The notes below the pieces were generated by a model. The model worked only from the letters and a program-made list of their open reading frames with translations, had not been told where the DNA came from and made no database searches. From Gemmatimonadales bacterium (GTDB taxonomy: Bacteria > Gemmatimonadota > Gemmatimonadetes > Gemmatimonadales > GWC2-71-9): DNA of 60,796 bases. The DNA lies in assembly GCA_035549935.1 (NCBI GenBank), contig DASZPT010000089.1:1-60796 (forward strand). Direction: 5' to 3'. This document shows positions 9,241-16,248 of this stretch, piece after piece. The position numbers and the translations under genes were made by a program. The stretch's first letter is position 1; every line of letters starts with the position of its first letter.

Positions 9241-9245
9241 TTTGG
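9201..9245 (+). terminator. Perfect 15-bp GC hairpin terminator
   Basis: AAGCGGCCGCCGAGC (9201-9215), loop CCCCGA, GCTCGGCGGCCGCTT (9222-9236), then CGCGTTTGG. It lies 560 nt from the nearest plus-strand CDS. Confidence 0.6.
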
Positions 9246-9436
9246 ACGGACCGGCGGCTTCGGCCGGGGCTTGACGTTCCGGGGCTACTTGTTAGCCTGT
9301 GTGGTTATGAATTCTCGTTCATGTGGTCGTGTCCCGCGGGATTGCGCTGCCACCCCACCCAGGCAGGCCCTGGGTGGCGCCGTGTCAGGCTGATCCGGGC
9401 GGGCCGACTGATCGAGGGCGGTCCGGACGGCCGCCC

Positions 9437-10375
9437 TCATGTTTGCGGGGCGTATCCCCAGTCGCTTCTCCCCCGCCAGATCCGGCGATGCTCAAGTTCC
9501 CACAGGGACGTGGACGAGAACTGATCGCCGGGGCGGAACAGACTCTCGCTCGCCAGCGCTTCGGCGAGGCTCGACGTGCGCGCGCTGACCAGGTCGGCGT
9601 GGGAAAGGATCTCAGCCTCGAGGGATAGCGGCAGGACCGGAGCCCCGAACTCGAGCCGACCGTGATGACTGAGTATGAGATGATGGAGCGCGTCGAGCTC
9701 CTCGGGATGACACGATCGGGCTGCCGAGCCCACACGATCGAGCATCCTCGCCCCAAGTACGGTGTGTCCGATTACACGTCCCCCCACGGTGGTATCGAAG
9801 AGACCTTCCCAGGTGTAGGCCTCCAGCTTCCCGATATCGTGCAGCAGCGCACCGGCCAGCGCGAGGTCGCGATCGGCTTCGGGTCTCACCGCCGCGATGG
9901 CGAGCACGAGCTGCGCGACCTCGCAGGTGTGCTGCAGCAGGCCGCCCAGTCTGGCATGATGTCCGCTGAGACTCGCCGGGCACTGCTCGAAGCGGCGGCG
10001 GAAGGCGGGATCGTCGAAGAGGAGTGCGAGCGTCCGTGCGAGTCGCGGTCCGCGGATTCCCGCCCGCCAGGTGTCGATGAGGTGCCACCACGGGGCGGGA
10101 TCGCCGATCGAAGGATGGAGCTCGCTCCAGTCTACCTCGTCAGGGGGAACCGGGCGTATCGCCTCGACCTGGAGTTGACGCCGGTCACGGTACTGGCCGA
10201 TGATGCCGGTGACCTCAACGACGTGGCCCCGGAGTACGTTTTGTATACGGTGCCGCTCGCTGGCCCAGACCGGGGCGCTCTTCAGGCGTTCGCGGGCGTT
10301 GATGAACGTGAGAATGGTGTGCGGGTTGTCGCCCTGCCTGGCGTCGAGGTCCTGCACCAGGTAGGTGGAGACCAC
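9437..10375 (-). CDS. OB-fold plus HD-domain protein (YhaM/Cbf1-like 3'-5' exoribonuclease family)
   Basis: HD motif ...ALLHDIGKLEAY... and ...LILSHHGRLEFG...; the N-terminal segment VVSTYLVQDLDARQG...VVEVTGIIGQYRDRRQLQV resembles an OB fold. The ORF extends to 10600, but its first ~75 codons are Pro-rich and overlap the divergent gene, so the start is provisionally GTG 10375. Confidence 0.7.
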   Translation of the reverse strand: MVSTYLVQDLDARQGDNPHTILTFINARERLKSAPVWASERHRIQNVLRGHVVEVTGIIGQYRDRRQLQVEAIRPVPPDEVDWSELHPSIGDPAPWWHLIDTWRAGIRGPRLARTLALLFDDPAFRRRFEQCPASLSGHHARLGGLLQHTCEVAQLVLAIAAVRPEADRDLALAGALLHDIGKLEAYTWEGLFDTTVGGRVIGHTVLGARMLDRVGSAARSCHPEELDALHHLILSHHGRLEFGAPVLPLSLEAEILSHADLVSARTSSLAEALASESLFRPGDQFSSTSLWELEHRRIWRGRSDWGYAPQT

Positions 10376-10598
10376 CCGCGTACCTGAGGGCGCGTGCGGA
10401 GGCACGCGGGCAGGTGGCAGGGCAGTCTGCGGGACCGGCCACGGCGGCGGTCCGCACGGACTGGCGTGAGCCGGGATCTCTTCCGGCGTCACCGCACGGG
10501 GTGGGAAGGGCGTGGTCCCTCGGTCCGCCGAGGGGACAGCGTGCCGCAGGCGTCCTTCGTGCTCCATTTCATTCCGCCGATTCCAGAGGGGTGGACTC

Positions 10599-10988
10599 AT
10601 GAGGCCCTCTCATATCCTGGTGCTCGATGGCGATGCGGGCCGCCGCGACGCGGTCCTCGGCGCGCTGCGCACCGCGGGTCATCTCCCGGTCCTGGCCGCC
10701 TCGCCGGCGGAAGCCGCCCAGGCGCTGGCCGTGCCGGGGCTGGACCTCGCGATGCTCGCCCTGTCGACGCCCGGGCTCGATCACTCGATGCTGCGCGAGT
10801 CGCTCGCGCCCAATCACCCGGTGGAGCCGGAGCCGCTCGACGACGTGGAGCGCCGGCACATCGCCCGGACCCTCGCGTACACGCGCGGGAACAAGCGGCG
10901 GGCGGCGCACCTGCTCGGGATCGCCCGCAGCACGCTGCTTGCCAAGGTGCGCAAGTACGGCCTCGACCCGGGCCCCGACACGGAATGA
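10599..10988 (+). CDS. Mini NtrC-like regulator: truncated pseudo-receiver plus Fis-type HTH, with no AAA+ domain
   Basis: [16 protein letters not shown]... is receiver-like, but Ala sits at the expected phospho-Asp position ([12 protein letters not shown]). The C-terminus [39 protein letters not shown] matches the HTH_8/Fis type. Confidence 0.65.
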   Translation: MRPSHILVLDGDAGRRDAVLGALRTAGHLPVLAASPAEAAQALAVPGLDLAMLALSTPGLDHSMLRESLAPNHPVEPEPLDDVERRHIARTLAYTRGNKRRAAHLLGIARSTLLAKVRKYGLDPGPDTE

Positions 10989-11014
10989 CCGTGGCGGGAG
11001 TCCGCGCCGCGGAA

Positions 11015-11446
11015 TCATTCCTGCCGCACCCTGCCGTACCGTGAGACGATGACCCGTCGCACGGCGCTTCCCCGGCCGAATTCGTAGGTCCCATTGGCGA
11101 AGCCGAAAGCCACGCCGCTCGGCGCGTAGGTGATCGCGCGGGGGAACCCTCGTACCGTCACCCGTGCGGTGGCGGGCCCGCGCTCGCGCCAGCGTTCCGT
11201 GGTGTCCCCCGGTGCCTCGACCACGCGGAGCACCAGCGAATCCGCGGTGAGGGTGAGGACCGCGACCCGCTGCTCCGCCACGGCGGCGACGCGCGCGCGG
11301 GTATGGGCGGCGGCGACCAGGGTCGCCGCCTCGGTCGTGGCCAGGCGGTCCCGCACGGCGAGCGTGGCGGGGAGGGCCGCGGCGGCGACGAGGCCGGTGA
11401 CGAGGATCACCAACAGGAGTTCGAGCAGCGTGGTGCCGTGGCGCAT
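11015..11446 (-). CDS. Prepilin-type N-terminal cleavage/methylation domain protein (GspH/FimT-like pseudopilin)
   Basis: MRHGTTLLELLLVILVTGLVAAAALP matches the G|(F/T)TLxE prepilin signature followed by a hydrophobic helix. 143 aa. Confidence 0.75.
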   Translation of the reverse strand: MRHGTTLLELLLVILVTGLVAAAALPATLAVRDRLATTEAATLVAAAHTRARVAAVAEQRVAVLTLTADSLVLRVVEAPGDTTERWRERGPATARVTVRGFPRAITYAPSGVAFGFANGTYEFGRGSAVRRVIVSRYGRVRQE

Positions 11447-11592
11447 GCGCGAGGATAGCGATCGCGCGGGTGGGCTTGCGTACCGGCCGAACGCCGCCCG
11501 GCACCGGAAAACGCGGCGAGGTGCGCCCTTGCCCTCTCCGGCGCGGTGGCGCATACTCTCCTCTCCCCGGACCTCCTGAGCCCTCAGCACCC

Positions 11593-12246
11593 GTGACCAT
11601 CGCCGTGTCCGCACCCGCCGCCGTCACGCCCGACGCTCTCACCACGCTCCGGCAGTACGCGGCGCTGGCGCCGTGGAGCCTGCGGGACCTGGCGGCGCTG
11701 GCCGGCGCCATCCTCGAGGCCTCGTCGGTGTATCCGGTCAACGCGGCCGCGAGCGCGCGCCCGAGCGAGCGGACCATCCGGTTCTATGTGACGCGGAAGC
11801 TGGTGAGCCCGCCGGAGGGACGCGGCACGGCGGCCACCTACGGCTATCGTCACCTCCTGCAGGTGCTCGCGATCAAGCTGCAGCAGATGGAGGGCGCGAC
11901 GCTCGATCACCTGATGAAGGAGCTGGCCGGCCTGCCGGGCGACGTGGTGGAACGGCGGGTGGCCGGCGCCCTCGGCTCCCGTCTCCCGCCGCCGGACCAG
12001 CTGCCGCTGGCGGTGCCGGAGGGCGCGCCCCGTGGCAAGGTGGGCCGGGCGCTGCAGGCGTGGGCCACCGCCGCCGAGACCGCGCCGCCGCGGCGCGGGC
12101 GGGGGCATCTCTGCCGCCGGGTACCGCTCGGCGCCGGGGCGGAGCTGCTGCTCGACGAGCGGCACCCGCTGTACGAGGCGCTGGAGGACGAGGCCATCGC
12201 CGAGGCGCTCCGGCACGCCATCGAAGGGCTGTCGAGCCGGCACTAG
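11593..12246 (+). CDS. MerR-family HTH protein
   Basis: ...PSERTIRFYVTRKLVSPPEGRGTAATYGYRHLLQVLAIKLQQ... resembles the MerR wing/HTH. GTG 11593 is chosen as the start, because the upstream part of the ORF overlaps the pseudopilin leader region. Confidence 0.55.
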   Translation: MTIAVSAPAAVTPDALTTLRQYAALAPWSLRDLAALAGAILEASSVYPVNAAASARPSERTIRFYVTRKLVSPPEGRGTAATYGYRHLLQVLAIKLQQMEGATLDHLMKELAGLPGDVVERRVAGALGSRLPPPDQLPLAVPEGAPRGKVGRALQAWATAAETAPPRRGRGHLCRRVPLGAGAELLLDERHPLYEALEDEAIAEALRHAIEGLSSRH

Positions 12247-12321
12247 CTCCTGCCGGGCCGCCGCGGCCGGTGGCTCCCCCCGACATCGCTATCTTTCGCG
12301 CATCCCCTGCAAGGATCTCCC

Positions 12322-12879
12322 ATGGGCTTCGTGCTGCTGGCGGTCGTCGTCGTGGTGGTGCTCTGGGTCATCGGCGCCTACAACCGCCTGATCGCGCTCA
12401 AGAACCAGGTCGCGAACGCGTGGAAGCAGATCGACGTGCAACTCAAGCGGCGGCACGACCTGATCCCGAACCTGGTCAACGCGGTGAAGGGCGCGATGGA
12501 CTTCGAGAAGTCCACCCTGGAGGCGGTGATCGCCGCGCGGAACAAGGCGGTGAGCGCCACCGGTGTCGCCCAGGTGGCCAAGGCGGAAGGTGAGCTGACC
12601 CAGGCGCTGGGCCGGCTCTTCGCGCTGAGCGAGAACTATCCCCAGCTCAAGGCGACGTCCAACATCCAGCAGCTGCAGGAAGAGCTGGTGAGCACCGAGA
12701 ACAAGGTCGGCTTCTCGCGCCAGCTCTACAACGACGTGGCCACCTCGTACAACACCGCGCAGCAGCAGTTCCCCACCAATCTCGTGGCCGGGATGGCGAA
12801 GGCCGCGCCCGCCGAGCTGTGGCAGATCGAGGACCAGGCGGAGCGGGCCGTGCCGAACGTGGATCTCAAGATGAACTAG
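12322..12879 (+). CDS. lemA: LemA family protein
   Basis: N-terminal TM, then YNRLIALKNQVANAWKQIDVQLKRRHDLIPNLV...NYPQLKA, the canonical LemA pattern. Confidence 0.9.
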   Translation: MGFVLLAVVVVVVLWVIGAYNRLIALKNQVANAWKQIDVQLKRRHDLIPNLVNAVKGAMDFEKSTLEAVIAARNKAVSATGVAQVAKAEGELTQALGRLFALSENYPQLKATSNIQQLQEELVSTENKVGFSRQLYNDVATSYNTAQQQFPTNLVAGMAKAAPAELWQIEDQAERAVPNVDLKMN

Positions 12880-12888
12880 GGGCCATGC

Positions 12889-12922
12889 GTTCCGGGTTCC
12901 GGGTTCCGCGCTCGGAACCCGG
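12889..12922. repeat. GTTCCGN-heptamer hairpin element, copy 1
   Basis: Three GTTCCG units (12889-12908), loop CGCT, then CGGAACCCGG (12913-12922), giving a perfect 10-bp stem. Located between lemA and the M48 peptidase gene. Confidence 0.8.
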
Positions 12923-12933
12923 AGCCGTTCTCC

Positions 12934-13953
12934 ATGCCACAGCCCCCGGCCAATCTTTTCGAGCAGCAGGAAGCCAACCGCCGCCGTTCGACCTGGCTGG
13001 TGGCGGGCTTCGTCGTCTTCTTCGCCTGGGTGGGCTTCGGCGGCGACTGGGCCTGGTACCTCGCGACCGCCGGCGCCGCCGGCGGCCGCTCCGCGCACAC
13101 CGTCCCGGTGCTCGGCATCATCATGACCCTGGTGGCGGGCGGGATCTGCTGGTACTCCTGGAAGAAGGGATCCGAGCGGGTTCTGTGGGCCACCGGCGCC
13201 CGCGAGGTGGTGAGTCCGGCGAGTGACGCCGAACGGCAGCTGGTGAACGTGGTGGAGGAGATGGCGATCGCGTCGGGGCAACCCCGGCCGCGGATCTACA
13301 TCGTCCCCGACGCCGATCCCAACGCGTTCGCCACCGGCGTGGAGCCGGGACAGGCGGCGGTCGCCGTCACGGAAGGGCTGCTCGCGACCCTCAACCGGGA
13401 CGAACTCCAGGGAGTCATCGCGCACGAGATGGCCCACATCCGCAACCTCGACACCCGCCTCATGACCCTGCTCGCCGCGATGGTGGGCGCCATCGCGCTC
13501 ATGAGCGACGGGATGGGCCGGATGCTCCGCGGGGGATTCCGGGTCGGCGGTGGTGGCCGGCGCCGGGGCGGGAAGGACGGTACCCCGCTCGCGCTGATCG
13601 TCCTGGTGCTGTGGATCATCACCCTGATTCTCGCGCCGATCATCTCCCGCTTTCTCGCGATGGCGGTGAGCCGGAACCGGGAATTCCTGGCCGACGCCAC
13701 CGGCGCCCAGTTCACCCGCAACCCGATGGCGCTCGCCGCGGCGCTCGAGAAGCTCGATGCGGCGGGTCAGCCGACCCGGGCCATCACCCGGGGCGCGGCG
13801 CACCTCTGCATCGTGGATCCCTCGGCGAGCCATCTCTCCGCGCGGGAGGGGAAGCTGGCGGACTTCTTCGCCTCGCACCCGCCGATCCGGGTCCGGATCG
13901 CGCGGCTCCGGGGCATGGCGTACCAGGCGGCGAAGCAGGCGGGCGGGGCCTGA
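12934..13953 (+). CDS. M48-family (HtpX-like) zinc metallopeptidase
   Basis: HEMAHIRNLD (HExxH), membrane segments on both sides, and the typical pairing with lemA. Confidence 0.9.
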   Translation: MPQPPANLFEQQEANRRRSTWLVAGFVVFFAWVGFGGDWAWYLATAGAAGGRSAHTVPVLGIIMTLVAGGICWYSWKKGSERVLWATGAREVVSPASDAERQLVNVVEEMAIASGQPRPRIYIVPDADPNAFATGVEPGQAAVAVTEGLLATLNRDELQGVIAHEMAHIRNLDTRLMTLLAAMVGAIALMSDGMGRMLRGGFRVGGGGRRRGGKDGTPLALIVLVLWIITLILAPIISRFLAMAVSRNREFLADATGAQFTRNPMALAAALEKLDAAGQPTRAITRGAAHLCIVDPSASHLSAREGKLADFFASHPPIRVRIARLRGMAYQAAKQAGGA

Positions 13954-13959
13954 CCGGAC

Positions 13960-15474
13960 GTGCCGTCCTGGATCCTCGCGAGCGGCGTGGGGCTCCTGCT
14001 GCTGGTGGCGGCCGTCGCCCTGGTGCTCGCCACCCGCTCGGTGCTGCGCGCGCGGCTCGAGCAGTGGGCCAAGCGGGTGCTCCTCGAGTTCCGCGCCCGG
14101 ACCGACCGCTACAAGCTGGTCCACCGGGAGCGCATCCGCGAGGTGCTGCTCAACGATGCCCGGGTGGAGGCGGCGGTCCAGGACCACGCCCGGCTGCACG
14201 GCGCCGACCCGGCCCAGGTCCGTCGCCGGGTCAACGAATACGTCGACGAGATCGTCCCGTTCTTCAATGTTCTCTCCTACTACAAGCTGGGATACAACCT
14301 CTCCCGGCTGCTGATCAACCTCCTCTACAAGGCCTCGATCGAGTACCGGGACCAGGAGGCGCTGGACCGGATTCCGCGCCGCGACGTGGTGGTCTACCTG
14401 ATGAACCACCGGAGCAACGCGGACTACGTGGTGGTGGCCTACGTGCTCGCGCGGGTGGTGAGCATCAGCTACGCGGTGGGGGAGTGGGCGCGGGTCTGGC
14501 CGCTGGAGTTCGTGTTCAAGAGCTTCGGGAGCTATTTCATCCGCCGGCGGTATCGCGAGCCGCTCTATCACACCGTGCTGGAGCGCTATGTCCAGCTGGT
14601 CACCCGCAACGGCGTCACCCAGGGGATCTTTCCCGAGGGCGGCCTCACCCGCGACGGCGCGCTCCGCCCGGTCAAGATCGGCCTCCTCGACTACATCCTC
14701 GGCACGATCGAGGACCCGGCATTCGACCGCGACATCTGGCTCGTGCCGGTCGGGATCAACTACGACCGGGTCCTGGAGGACCGCTCCCTGATCCGCGAAC
14801 GGATCGTGGGGGGGCGCCGTCCGGGCCGCCTCGAGCAGTTCACCCAGGTCGCCGGTTTCGCGGGCTGGAACATGGCGCGGCTCCTCACCGGCCAGCTTCG
14901 ACGCTACGGCCGGGTGGCGGTGACGTTCGGGACGCCGATCTCGGTGCGGCAATGGCTCGCCGACCAGCCACCCGGCCTGCTCCTCCTGCCCAAGACCGAC
15001 CGGCTGCCGCACGTGCAGCGGCTGGCGGAGTACGCCCTGGAGCGGATCGGGGCGGTGATTCCCGTGACCCCGGTGCCACTGGCCTCGGCGGTACTCCTGT
15101 CGTTCGGGGGGAGTGTGGTGTCCCTGGCGCGGGTGCTGGAGCGGATGGACGAGGTGCGTGACCGGCTCGCGGACTCGAGCGCCAAGGTCGTGCGCCGGGA
15201 GCTGCCGGTGCGGGAAGTCTGGGAGCGCGCCTGGCTCATGCTCCGGATGCGGCGCCTGGTCGTGGCGGAGGGCGACGATCTGGTGATTCTCCCGCGGAGC
15301 CGGCCCCTGCTCGAGTACTACGCCAACTCCATCCGTCATCTCCTTCCGGAAGACGTCACGGTCGCCTGGTCACCCGCGGCGGAGCGGGACCCGACGCTCC
15401 CCCGGCTCGCGACGCGGGAGGAGATGGACATCCAGACCCGGGAGCATCCGGTGCTCCGGAAAGGACGGCCCTGA
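13960..15474 (+). CDS. Glycerolipid acyltransferase (PlsB/PlsC superfamily)
   Basis: GTG start; N-terminal TM; HX4D motif NHRSNADYV; FPEGGLTRDG block. Confidence 0.85.
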   Translation: MPSWILASGVGLLLLVAAVALVLATRSVLRARLEQWAKRVLLEFRARTDRYKLVHRERIREVLLNDARVEAAVQDHARLHGADPAQVRRRVNEYVDEIVPFFNVLSYYKLGYNLSRLLINLLYKASIEYRDQEALDRIPRRDVVVYLMNHRSNADYVVVAYVLARVVSISYAVGEWARVWPLEFVFKSFGSYFIRRRYREPLYHTVLERYVQLVTRNGVTQGIFPEGGLTRDGALRPVKIGLLDYILGTIEDPAFDRDIWLVPVGINYDRVLEDRSLIRERIVGGRRPGRLEQFTQVAGFAGWNMARLLTGQLRRYGRVAVTFGTPISVRQWLADQPPGLLLLPKTDRLPHVQRLAEYALERIGAVIPVTPVPLASAVLLSFGGSVVSLARVLERMDEVRDRLADSSAKVVRRELPVREVWERAWLMLRMRRLVVAEGDDLVILPRSRPLLEYYANSIRHLLPEDVTVAWSPAAERDPTLPRLATREEMDIQTREHPVLRKGRP

Positions 15475-15477
15475 CCG

Positions 15478-16188
15478 ATGCGCCTCCTGCTGCTCAGCAA
15501 CAGCCGCAACCCCGGCGAGGAGTACCTGGCCCACGCGGCCCCGGCGCTCCGGGACTTTCTCGGAGGAACGGGTGAGGCGCTGTTCGTGCCCTATGCCGGT
15601 GTCGCGGTCTCCCATGCCGACTACGCCGCGCGGGTGCGCGAGGCATTCGCCAAGCTCGGCGTGGCGATCCGGTCGGCGAGCGAGGTGACCGACCCGCTCG
15701 CGGCGGCGCGGACCGCCCCCGCCTTCGTGGTCGGGGGCGGCAACAGCTTTCAGCTGCTCCGCATGATGTACCAGACCGGGCTGCTGGAGCTGGTTCGCAC
15801 GCGGGTGGCCCAGGGCGCGCCCTACATCGGCTGGAGCGCCGGCTCCAACCTCGCCTGCCCCACCATCCGGACCACCAACGACATGCCGGTGGTGGAGCCG
15901 CCATCCCTCTCCGCCCTCGGCCTCGTGCCCTTCCAGATCAATCCGCACTACACCGACCGGGTGCTGGAGAACCACGGCGGCGAGACCCGGGACGAGCGGA
16001 TCGGGGAGTTCCTGATCCTCAACCCCACCGTCCGGGTACTGGGGCTCCGGGAGGGGAGCTGGCTCCGGCGCGAGGGCGGGCGTCTCGCCGCCGGGGGACC
16101 GCATACCCTGCGGCTGTTCCAGCAGGGACAGCCTCCCGCCGAGCTGGCCCCGACCGCCGACCTGGACTTCCTCCTCGGTCCCGGCTGA
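15478..16188 (+). CDS. pepE: Dipeptidase E (peptidase S51)
   Basis: MRLLLLSNSRNPGEEYLAHA..., GGGNSFQLL and GWSAGSN blocks typical of PepE. Confidence 0.85.
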   Translation: MRLLLLSNSRNPGEEYLAHAAPALRDFLGGTGEALFVPYAGVAVSHADYAARVREAFAKLGVAIRSASEVTDPLAAARTAPAFVVGGGNSFQLLRMMYQTGLLELVRTRVAQGAPYIGWSAGSNLACPTIRTTNDMPVVEPPSLSALGLVPFQINPHYTDRVLENHGGETRDERIGEFLILNPTVRVLGLREGSWLRREGGRLAAGGPHTLRLFQQGQPPAELAPTADLDFLLGPG

Positions 16189-16248
16189 TTCGGCCGGGCC
16201 GCAACCAAATCGGCCGTTTCCCTGTCATACCGGGGGGAGGCCATCCAC

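Noticed and set aside
8656-9335. Calling this the chromosomal replication origin (oriC).
   Set aside because: DnaA-box-like motifs are present, but there is no dnaA/dnaN/gidA-type neighbour in the window and no clear 13-mer-type AT-rich unwinding repeats. GC skew cannot be evaluated from 60 kb by eye. It is kept only as a hypothesis within the finding.
10376-10600. The N-terminal extension of the YhaM-like ORF, which overlaps the divergent regulator start.
   Set aside because: The Pro-rich, low-complexity translation and the head-to-head overlap make it unlikely to be coding. The OB-fold-like sequence begins near GTG 10375. The start remains uncertain.
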